NCBI GenBank assembly: GCA_963514005.1
Contig: OY740821.1
Coordinates: 13,826,001 to 13,890,000, forward strand
Length of the DNA: 64,000 nt
From: Raja brachyura
Taxonomy: Eukaryota
Direction of reading: 5' to 3'
In this document: positions 1 to 10,119 of the stretch, piece after piece
Numbering within the stretch: position 1 is the stretch's first letter
Layout: every line of letters starts with the position of its first letter
The notes under the pieces: model-generated
Seen by the model: the letters and a program-made list of their open reading frames with translations, nothing else
Databases searched by the model: none
Told to the model about the DNA's origin: nothing
Made by a program: the position numbers and the translations under genes

Positions 1-150
1 CCTGAGTTCGTGGTCCACCTGCAGACCGGGGGGGTGGTGGAAGCGGCAGTGATGAGAATATGCCCCCATGTCCCGGGATGAAACGGTTAAATGCGATGAC
101 AAACTCGCCAGGTCCCTCCCCCAGATAATGTTGTCAGATTCAGAGTCCCC

Positions 151-158
151 TATAAATA
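151..158 (+). promoter_or_regulatory. TATA box of the aquaporin-0 gene
   Basis: TATAAATA about 130 bp upstream of the ATG at 280. Confidence 0.65.
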
Positions 159-279
159 CTTCATTCGGTGCAATTAAAATTGGGGAGAACGTTTGAGGAG
201 CCGGGAGACAATTTCATCCTTTGTTTTTTCAGTTTCTGTTATTTTGTACTAGTCTGCTTTTTGACGAAGACCGGGAAAC

Positions 280-639
280 ATGTGGGAGTTGAAATCCATC
301 GCGTTCTGGAGGGCAGTGTTTGCAGAGTTTTTTGCCACCATGCTCTTCGTGTTTTTTGGACTGGGCTTTACGATGCGATGGTCTCCGGGCCCCGTGAACG
401 TGCTGCTGGTGTCTCTGGGGTTTGGCTTTCTCCTCGCTGCCCTGGTGCAGGCGGTGGGACATGTCAGCGGGGCGCACCTCAACCCGGCTGTCACCTTCGC
501 TTACCTGCTGGGGGCGCAGCTGAGCATGTTCCGCTGCGTGATGTACATAGCAGCTCAGCTCCTGGGAGCGGTGGCCGGGGCAGCTGTGTTGTATGGGGTC
601 ACCCCTCCCACTGTCCGGGGCAACCTAGGGCTCAACACG
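280..639 (+). CDS. MIP: Aquaporin-0 (lens major intrinsic protein), coding exon 1 (aa 1-120)
   Basis: [29 protein letters not shown]...[15 protein letters not shown] with the first NPA motif; 360 nt followed by donor GTAAAT at 640, matching the MIP/AQP2 exon-1 size. Confidence 0.93.
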
Positions 640-2412
640 GTAAATATACTCACTGTTGGCAAATAGCAAGCTGTAAGAAGAGTTAAAGTGTGAACTGGTA
701 CAAGTTTTGAAAAAAAAACCCACAATATTAAAGTTTCAAGCAAAATTGTAAATGACCTGGAAAATCAAAAAAAATAGTGCAAAAATAGTAACAACGGCAA
801 TTAATTGTTAAATGCATCGAGTTTCACACTCGAGCAGAGAGTCCGAAAATGGAACTTAAAAACGTTTGTGATATAAAATATATTTGAGATGGGTTGAAGT
901 AACATTAACACATTTTAAAAAGTGATGATTCGGAAATGATTTAAGACTGTTCCAAATTCTAACGCCGTCTAAACTCTAGGATTTAAACATTCACCCACAG
1001 TTAAGAATCCGAATTGAATAATATTATTTTCGCTGGGAATTAAATGGGTTAAAATAAAAGCGGGTGTTTAAAGAATATACATCATTTTCAAATTTAAGTT
1101 TCCCGTATCACGAAATCTTAGTTTAAAAATGGTCTGTCCAAAAACTACAGTTCGGTTGGAAGTATTCTTAAAATAATTTTCAATGGTTTATTCCACGAGC
1201 CGTATATTTTGAAACATCAGGATAGAGAGTTCGTAGAATTGAAATTGTGGATATAACAAGGTGAACTGTGGGGTTGATGAGAGTCTGTTAGGTTTTTTAT
1301 CTCGTTTAGTGTTTCGCGTGTCTTTTCGGGGGGAAAGGGGCGTCATACTTCTGCAAACTGCTTTTCAAAAACTTTCCGAGGCCGCCTCAAAGGTTCGAGA
1401 TTGCTCGAGAATGGTGCAAAATGCCAACCTTTCTCTCCAGCCCAACGCGAGGAAGGTAGGAACACCGTTTTCACGCGGGTAGCTCGCACGACGCTCGCTT
1501 TGGCGAAGCAGCGAGGGCAGGCGTTTGTTTGTATCAATTGTTTTGTAATGCAAGATCTGGCGAATTCCGAAAGGTTTTGTTGATTTCGTTTGATTCGTTC
1601 TGAGCTGAATATTTACCGGGATAATCCAAAACGGCAGATTTCCCACCTAACCCGTTCAAAGGACACGAACATCATAGGATTTCAAGCGTAAAGGGAAGGT
1701 AATTAATTTATATTTTAATGCATGTCCACTATTAACAAGTGGCGTGGTTTTATTTGGGTTATTACTCTTATCCTGAGCGTTGTTATGTGATTCGAGAGTT
1801 CTGTGGGCTAAATCTATAAAATGTTTTAATCTATAAAATCTATCATAGAAGTTTCGCCGAGCTAAAGAAAAAGCAAAGCTGACTCTGCTGTGGGTTCTCG
1901 TTCGTTCAGCGGACAGGGGTGGCTGGGTTGACAAGTTCTTTGAGTTAAATCATCTTTGAGACTTGGGTAAACATGTCGAGAAGACGGAAACCTCTCTTTC
2001 CCTAAGGTGACAGGTTAATCCTGGAGGTGTGTGGAAATTCACTTTCCATGTGGGAATTGACAGCCCGGGAGTAAATCTAGACATGGTTTTATGCGGGGAT
2101 TATTCATCTTTCTGTTGCCCGCTTTGGACAACACACGTTGTGTGCTTCGCTCACCTTGAAGCTGCTATCATCATTGGAGCAGCTTGAGAAAGCGCCAAGG
2201 ACTCATTCTCAGGAACATTTCCTAGTTGGAAGTAAGCAACTAGCCGGCAGCTGTGGACAGGGAGCAGTGAACGTGCTGAACGACTCTGGGTCATGTCCGT
2301 GTCGCGGTACAGCGGCCACATTCCGGAAAATAAAACTGGCAACAAAAAAATCAACTCCACTTGCAAGCAGCGCTCTGTTGTTAGCGCGTCTCCGTCTCGC
2401 TGTCAATTGTGC

Positions 2413-2631
2413 CCAGCGCTAATCCCAGTGTAATCTGTAATCTATACTCTGGGGCCAGCGCTAATCCCAGTGTAATCTATACTCTGGGGCCAGCGCTAAT
2501 CCCAGTGTAATCTATACTCTGGGGCCAGCGCTAATCCCAGTGTAATCTATACTCTGGGGCCAGCGCTAATCCCAGTGTAATCTATACTCTGGGGCCAGCG
2601 CTAATCCCAGTGTAATCTATACTCTGGGGCC
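2413..2631. repeat. Minisatellite, 6 x 35 bp (CCAGCGCTAATCCCAGTGTAATCTATACTCTGGGG)
   Basis: Five identical units plus a first unit with a 7-bp internal duplication; lies in MIP intron 1. Confidence 0.95.
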
Positions 2632-2744
2632 ACTTTCTCAGCAACGTGAGCGGGAGCACTGATCCGGCTACTCTTTAGACAATATCGCTACCTGCAAGCT
2701 AACCAAGCGGGCCAAGCGGCCACTGGCACCGTTATTTGTGGGGT

Positions 2745-3660
2745 CTCGCTGCGCGCAAAACACCATGAGAAGCAAACTGGGTCATCGATCCTGCAAGTTC
2801 TGTGCGCAAAGCATCAACAACGGACCGAGGCGCAGGACAGCGCAATGTTGCCCCTACTGTGCGCAAACACTCCGCCAAACATATCCTACATAGATTGGAC
2901 AGGTTTGGAGGGATATGGGCCAAATGCTGGCAGGTGGGATGAGTGTAGGTGGGACATGTTGGGCCGAAGGTCCTGTTTCCACACTGTATCATTCTATGAC
3001 TCCAGGTGCCCTCTGCTTAAAGCAGTTGTTGGATCTTGCTGTGCGCAAATGACCACCAAGGCAGACTAGGCAATCACTGATGCTTGTGACAGCTTGCTGT
3101 GCGCATAACATCGCCAGAGCAGACTAGATGGCCGTGATTGGACTCTTATTGTGATCTTGCGGTGCGCAAACACCACCAAAGCAGACTAAATGGTGCAAAT
3201 TACATGTTAACTGGGTCCTGCTGTGCGCAAAACATCACCAAGCTGGACTAGGTGTCCACTAATTGCATTTTCTCGTGACATTTTGCTGTGCGCAAAACAT
3301 CTCCAGAGCAAGCTAGCTGGCCCGAATTATATTTTATCTGGGATCTTGCTGTGTGCAAAGCATCGCCGAGATGGACTAAGTGTCCATTCAATGTCTGCTA
3401 TTTTCCTGGCATCTTGCTGAGCGCTAAATCACTGCCAAAAGGCTTGTTGCTGACCAGACGTGGGATCTTGCGCTGTGCGTAAACATACCCAAGCAGAATA
3501 GCCTGTCGTTGGCTGAACGCCCACTGCACAAAACACTGCCCAAACACATGATCCCACGTGGAGAATGTGCGCTGCTTGTCACTGTCTGCAAATCACAGTC
3601 AGAGAATCATCTGCTCACTGGGTTATTGGTAATTTTGGGATATTTCTGTGCGCGCAAAAC
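2745..3660. repeat. Degenerate array with ~60-bp period and conserved (GATCT)TGCTGTGCGCAAA core
   Basis: Cores near 2750, 2801, 2858, 3040, 3098, 3161, 3222, 3287, 3350, 3418, 3474 and ~3650, with divergent intervening sequence. Confidence 0.8.
2895..3002 (+). mobile_element. CR1-type LINE/SINE 3' tail fragment interrupting the array
   Basis: GAGGGATATGGGCCAAATGCTGGCAGGTGGGA...GGGCCGAAGG..CCTGTTTCC..CTGTAT..TTCTATGA resembles the CR1 3' ends elsewhere in the window. Confidence 0.55.
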
Positions 3661-6106
3661 TAAAACCAATCAAGAGATAATTGTGTGGGAAGGAGCTGCA
3701 GATGCTGGCTTCCACCGAAAATCGGCACAAAATACTCGAGTAACTCATAATTGATGTCATGCGGGATTCAACACTGCCTTGAAACAAGCCGGGCATTGTT
3801 CTCCCTGCTTTATGCAAGAACTCTGCTGTGCACAATATATTGGCAAAGAACGTTGCTTGTTCGTTGACCTTTCTGTTCTTTGTGGAAACGCGATGTTACA
3901 TTTATCTAACGTTGATTGAATTCGGAATGCCTTGCTGTATCTTAAGCATTTTGAGATTCGTTGAAAGGCATGATAATGTAGACACACGGAACTGCGGATG
4001 CTGGTTTATATATTTAAAACAAACACAAAGTGCATGATAAGATGGGGTACATGCAAGTAGCGCTTTAAAAGAAAGCAGTTCACTCATAACAAGCGCTATG
4101 TCGATGAACCTTTGCCATGATCTAATGTTTCTACCAAAGCTTTGCATATGTAGATTTTGAAACAGTGAATCTTTTCTGGCTACTAGGAACAATGGATGAA
4201 GTTCTCCCCCTTCTCTACTCCCAAGGATACTCCCTAAATGCAAACATTAACATTTCTTTGAATGACTACCTCAACTTCAGATAATGGTGACATGCCACAA
4301 CTAGTCCTCCAAGAACTAAGTATATGTATAATGCCCTACTAGTCTGTGAATAACCAGGACTGCACTTTATAAACTAGCATGTACCTTCCTGGGATTAAAT
4401 ATACATTTAGCCACAAGCCCACCATTGACTAGATGCAAAATTCAGTATTTGCTTGACAAGGTTAAGTTGTATATTTTACTGTATTGTACTTTACTATATA
4501 CTACGTCGGACCTACATACAACCGATTGACATTGCTTTGGACACTTTCCAAAATATCACGGAAAATTAATTGAAATGCATTTTCTACCAAAGAGCAAATA
4601 CACACAGTTCAGCGCAAATTAGATGCAATGGGCAATCTTCCCAAAACTACTACTAATCTCATAAGCAAAAATTAAATAATGGTGACACATTAAGAATACT
4701 GTTGGTTTAGTTTTAGGCATAAGCTGCAGACTGAGGTGATACATAAGAAATATATTTTGCCTTTCTAAGCAGATGCATCAATTGCTGAGTTGGAACATAG
4801 GACGTTACACTTTGCTTTTGGCTGTGTGGCATCATGATGCATATTGTTTGAGTTAGGTATTTTAGAAGATTTCCTACTATACCTGAACCGTCCCACATGC
4901 TCAAGCAAGGCCCGTCCACCTGTTCAGGTATTACAAGTGAACTTTGTAGCTCCCGTGAGATCCTACATTCTACAAAACTTTCTCAGACAAGTTAATCACA
5001 AGCAGATTAACGAGTCATTCAACGCGTTGGTGTTTGTGGGATTTTGGCGTATACAGTTTCTGACAAGATAACTGCACATTTCAAAAATAAATCACCCAGC
5101 TTGATATTATTTGAGCAATATAATGAACTAGTCTTACTTTCATATTCGTTTGAATCATTTTGCATTTCCAATTCAACCTGGCATTGATTTATTCCACTGC
5201 AAACATTGTGAATCATAGAGACTCATTTGTTTGGGTAAACTGTTTTAATGATAGGGAGTAAAATGTTTTGCACATCAGCTGTGAACACCAGGCAATAAAA
5301 AAAGCCTGCGCAAGTCAAACGCCTCTGGCTTAGAGCAGCATAAAGTGGCTGCATGATGCATGCACACTATGGATAAGAGCTTATGCCAGACACAAGTGTT
5401 AATGTTGATAGACTGTGCAATAGTGTGTATGTGGAATGGGAGAACCACATATTTGAATGATTGATTTTTTAGACTATCTTTTTTTCTCCCAAGCAATAAA
5501 TAGTGATTTTTTTCTGTCTCAGTTGTAAAAACGTCACATCGTAAAATGCACAAAAATGAAGAATTAGATTCGCAAGGACATTTATATGTTGTTCAATGTG
5601 CAATATTTTTTATATATGTGCAGAAAACAAGTATACTTCCTCGTGTTTTGGAAAATGCATAGGCAGTCGTGACTGGGATTTCATGAAGGATGGATACTTA
5701 AAAATAGTAAAAGTAATAGTTGTCAAATTTAGCTAAACTCCATCATTGACATAATTTAATTATAGGATGTTAAAAGTTTCCTCCTACATGCTGAACAAAG
5801 CTGTAGTTTCTCATGTAATACATTAATCCAATATTGAGTTCACAGGCGTAGATATTGACAGTTGTGGAGGGAAGTCATAATTCAACTCTTTTACCAGTGG
5901 GAGGTAGGTTAAAACAATATTTATAAAATATTTACCTTTGTTCTAAATGTAGCTTTCTAAAATCATGACTCATTGCAGATTTTTGGCTCTCCTGCTTGAA
6001 GCACAGTGAACACTCTCAATCTAATTCCACATGAATATAGCTTCATGTCTCTGAACTACACTTATGCAGGAATGAACTGCAGGTGCTAGTTTACACCAAA
6101 GAAAGT

Positions 6107-6262
6107 CACAAAAATCTAGAGTAACTCAATGGGACAGGCAGCATCTCCGGAGAGAAGGAATGGGTGACGTTTCGGGTCGAGACCCTTCCCGAAACGTCAC
6201 CCATTCCTTCTCTCCAGAGATGCTGCCTGTCCCGCTGAGCTACTCCAGCATTTTGTGTCTAT
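6107..6262. mobile_element. Penelope-like terminal repeat, inverted pair (hairpin)
   Basis: GAGTAACTCAATGGGACAGGCAGCATCTCCGGAGAGAAGGAATGGGTGACGTTTCGGG followed by its near reverse complement. Confidence 0.75.
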
Positions 6263-6916
6263 CTACACTTAATTAAGAATTAGTTGTTATTCTCAAAAGA
6301 CAATGCAACACCATTGTATGGAAAATTGAAGCACTTGAACGTTAAGGCCTACTGTTGGGCAAAGTAGAGATAGCTTTGGTTTACTCCAATATTTTATAGT
6401 TTCAAAACTGGAGCAACCCCATTCTCCATGAAGCAAAGAAATCACAAAACTGATGAACACTAAAACGCAAAGGAAATCTTTCAGCCTTTATGCTCATTGC
6501 TTGCTCCTACCTATTGGGTATTTGATTCACAAAGGAAGGGTGGAAACGAGATTTAACGGAGATTAACGGGGAAAAAGTAGTGACTTTTACTCCTCTGATC
6601 AGGTTGAGGTCTTTCAATTAATTGATTGCCAAGTTCCTGAAGGAATGACACAATATTGGTCCCTCACTAAGCAAGTGTGCACTGTTTTAAGCCATGTAGC
6701 ATTCTGTGAACATTAAGAATCCATGGTCTAAGATGGCATTCAAACATAAGTATGAACTCAGACCCAGAGGAGTGTACAATCTCAGAGTAATGTCATTTGT
6801 TGATTGTTGATAGCAGGCAAATATATCCCGTGAAACGCCCGTAAAGACACCATTTTACATTCATTTCTGGTCTGATTTTGCCATTTCTAATAGTGATGTT
6901 TTGTTTCATTCTTTAG

Positions 6917-7081
6917 CTGCATGCTGGAGTGGGTATTGGCCAGGGCACGGCTGTAGAGATATTCCTTACTCTTCAGTTTGTCCTCTGTATTTTTGCCACA
7001 ACAGACATTCGCAGAAATGGATTCATGGGCTCAGCAGCCGTGATCATTGGCTTTTCACTCACTGTGGGTCACTTCTTTGGG
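6917..7081 (+). CDS. MIP: Aquaporin-0 coding exon 2 (aa 121-175)
   Basis: Acceptor ttctttag|, [55 protein letters not shown], 165 nt, donor GTAAGT at 7082. [21 protein letters not shown] is MIP-typical. Confidence 0.93.
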
Positions 7082-7544
7082 GTAAGTCAGCAAATGTCTA
7101 TCTCGTTTGCCAAAGCGTTAGATGTGGAACATATCCTCAGCTCTGGACGCAAAGGTAAAAAGCACTGTGCCAACAGATAAGTTGCATAATGCAACTCTCT
7201 GTGGTGCTGCCCCATCCAGGCTAAGAAAATCTCCAGTGTATCAGCTTCCTTTAGCTAAGATACAACTGAAGTTCTAAAATAGGCCATGGCCCCCAGAAGA
7301 CGAAGGGGATTAGATTAGATTAGATTAATCTCGTACTCTTGATCATCATCCTGTTGCTAAATTACTGAACAGGAACCTTTAGCAATTCTGCTAAATTGCT
7401 CATTCAATCCAAATGATAATTACCCTTGGAAGAGTCCATGCCATTGTGAAAAGCATGAGGGTTGATTTTCAGTCAGTTGAATTGGCATTCATGGGATCTT
7501 TGCCACCTTGTTATGAATCCAACTCCACACCTTGTGTGGACCAA

Positions 7545-7830
7545 CAACTGAACCAAGCAACTGAACCATCCTACCCATCAACTAGAGAGCACTCCTGGGC
7601 TACCATCTACCTCATTAGAGACCCTTGGACTATCTTAAATTGGACTTTACCTTGCACTAAATGTTATTCCCTTTATCTTGTATTATAACACCAAAATTGC
7701 TTCAATTATCACACACAAACCGAATCCTTCAAGTAACCATGGGCTTGTAGGCATGTATTGTCTTTCTGCTGACTGGATAGCACGCAACAAAAAAGCTTTC
7801 CACTGCACACGTGAAAATAAACTAAACTAG
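7545..7830 (+). mobile_element. Non-LTR retroelement (Rex1/Babar-type) 3' UTR fragment
   Basis: ...CTACCTCATTAGAGACCCTTGGACTATC...GACTGGATAGCACGCAACAAAAAAGCTTT...AATAAACTAAACTA tail; family assigned from memory of elasmobranch repeats. Confidence 0.5.
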
Positions 7831-8491
7831 GAACTGAGATAAACAAATTTGTGACTCATTCTGTTTTTGAGAGCTGCACACCATGTCTAAAGCACTTACC
7901 CCTTCAGGCAAATCAGCCCCTTAGAGATCCTCAAATATAATTAGGATCCAAATTGCAAGTTTGGGTGCTGACTGCTTGGCATAAATGGAGGGCAAGATTA
8001 AACCAGTTCCATGGGTGATGGAAGAGAAGAGGCTATGCTAAGGTAAGGTCTGAATTATTTTTGAGGGCTTCTGGGGCCCACAACAATAATCTGGGCTACT
8101 GATGCCCACCGAGCCCAGTCCACCCTCCGTGATTGCTGCCCTGTAGCTGGCTCAACTGCTGCCAGGTGTGGGTAGTTTTGCTTTTAAATCTGGTGAGCTG
8201 CTGGGATGGCTAGTTGGGGTTTTTTTTTTTGCAGCTCTCCTGGTGAATATATTTGATGCCCGAGTCTCAGAAACACAATCAGAAAAGTCATTTGTTATCC
8301 TGTGCGATGAATTAGCAAATGTTTTTATGTTCTTTCATATTTTCTTGCATAGTATTGATTACTGACAGGAGTTTAAACTCAAGGCTCTTAATACTCAAGT
8401 AGTGATGAATGGCAATTAGTACCTTTCCATCTTATGAACTGACCATTGAAACTTTTTTGACATATAATTATCTCTCCACTGTTTTCTCCAG

Positions 8492-8572
8492 CTTTATTAC
8501 ACGGGGTGTGGAATGAATCCAGCCAGGTCCTTTGCACCAGCGGTACTCACTAGGAATTTCAGAAATCACTGG
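8492..8572 (+). CDS. MIP: Aquaporin-0 coding exon 3 (aa 176-202)
   Basis: Acceptor ttttctccag|, [27 protein letters not shown] with the second NPA, 81 nt, donor GTAAGC at 8573. Too short to appear in the ORF track. Confidence 0.93.
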
Positions 8573-9129
8573 GTAAGCACAAACTGATTTTGACTAAAAC
8601 AGTGAGCAACTGAACAAACTGTTTAATTTTTTTTAAATATTAAAGATCTTGTAATATAACACCAAAAATTGCTTCAATCACCACACATAAACACAATCCT
8701 TCAAGTAACCCTGGGCATTTTCGTATGCCAAGGATTTTGTATAATTAGTTACTGGCTGATCGAAGGATTCTTCAAATACAGCTAAACAAATTCAACTACA
8801 CTGGGAACAACATATGCACTTCATGAGGTTTCGTCCGATCATATATTCGGTTTAATTTGAAGCACTTTCAAAAGGTTAAAAATTGTCTGTAATTTTTGAA
8901 GAGGATCTGTCCAATCAGAACACCGCAGTTGCACCGCCTGCATGATGTAAACAAAATTCTGACGTTCTGTTAAGCTTGTATATTGTAATTAGGAGTAAGA
9001 TTTTCCTGTTTTAAATATAACATGTGTTTTATGCACCCCCTTGATTGTGAGTAATCTGAATAATAAAAGTAACTTAAGCAGGAAAAGGTAAATGAGAATA
9101 TACAAAAAGTTCCGATTTATGACATCAAG

Positions 9130-9480
9130 TTCTAAAGCACTTTACATCCAACAAAGTAGTTTTGAAGAGTATTTATGCTTATATGATAGGAAATTAAGTA
9201 GGCCATTACACGCTGCAAGCTCCCATAAATGTCAAAGCCATAAGGACAAGACATTATAGTGACATTGAAACTGGCCTGGCCAAATGGGATAAAACTACTG
9301 CCCTTTCTGTGTTTAAACATTATGTGACCATTCACACCTACCTTGGAGAGCAGATGTGGCTTCATCTGTTCTCTCAGCTGGATGTCTCACCCCAAAGACA
9401 CCTTCAACAGTGCAGCACTTCCTCATGTACTGCACTGGAGCACCATCTAAGAATCGAGAGTGGGACCTAACCCACAATTA
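9130..9480 (+). mobile_element. Ancient Deu-domain SINE (SacSINE1/AmnSINE1-like) remnant
   Basis: ACAGTGCAGCACTTCCTCATGTACTGCACTGGAG resembles the conserved Deu-domain core. Confidence 0.5.
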
Positions 9481-9933
9481 TTTTGTTCAGCGGCAAGGCT
9501 GCTACTAACGGAGACCCTATTAAGAGCTGGTAAAAATAGATGCTTTGATAACCTCAGGATCTGGCTCATTTGTGATGCTGCCCTGATGAAATTGCCAGAT
9601 TGTCCAGATTCATGCTTCGGGTGAAGCTCAGATGGGATGTTAGGACCATAGGTACCATGCCCTGGCTCAGTCACAAGGCTTAGGAAAGTAAAACAATTCA
9701 GGGGATTGTATCCACCTGTATCCACCTATCACTCGCCAGGTTTTGTCTTGTCCCCTTCCAGCTATCTCCCTCACACCGCAATCAGACTGAAGAAGGAAAC
9801 ATCGCCTCTCCACAGATGCTGCTTGACCCGCTGATTTCCTCCAGCACTTAGTGTCTTCATTTGTGGGAATGCTCATTTCTAATTAGTTATCGCTATTTTG
9901 TATCTGAATTACTTTATTTCTGTATCTTTGCAG

Positions 9934-10119
9934 GTATACTGGGTGGGCCCTCTGATAGGAGGTGCTATTGCAGCTCTGGTGTACGATTTCATCCTGTTCC
10001 CCAGGATGAGAAGCATGTCGGAGAGATTGGCTATTCTTAAAGGAGCTCATCCCCCAGAAGCGGAGGGGCAGCAGGAACCTCGGAGTGATCCCATTGAACT
10101 CAAAACTCAAGCCTTATAA
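9934..10119 (+). CDS. MIP: Aquaporin-0 coding exon 4 (aa 203-263 plus stop)
   Basis: Acceptor tctttgcag|, [10 protein letters not shown]...[21 protein letters not shown]...PIELKTQAL*. This C-terminus is diagnostic of MIP/AQP0, and the total of 263 aa equals mammalian MIP. Confidence 0.93.
   Translation, partial: VYWVGPLIGGAIAALVYDFILFPRMRSMSERLAILKGAHPPEAEGQQEPRSDPIELKTQAL

Noticed and set aside
168-686. 172-aa ORF overlapping MIP exon 1, and antisense ORFs there
   Set aside because: Alternative-frame shadows of a GC-rich coding exon, with no known motifs.
2745-3660. CRISPR-like repeat/spacer appearance
   Set aside because: It lies in a vertebrate intron, the cores are short and degenerate, the spacers are partly homologous to each other, and there are no cas genes. 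It is a decayed tandem repeat.
280-10119. Calling the aquaporin AQP2 or AQP5
   Set aside because: The N-terminus and C181 resemble AQP2, but exon 2, the LFPR..S.SERL.ILKG...ELKTQAL tail and the 263-aa length fit MIP/AQP0, and the AQP2 RRQS tail is absent.
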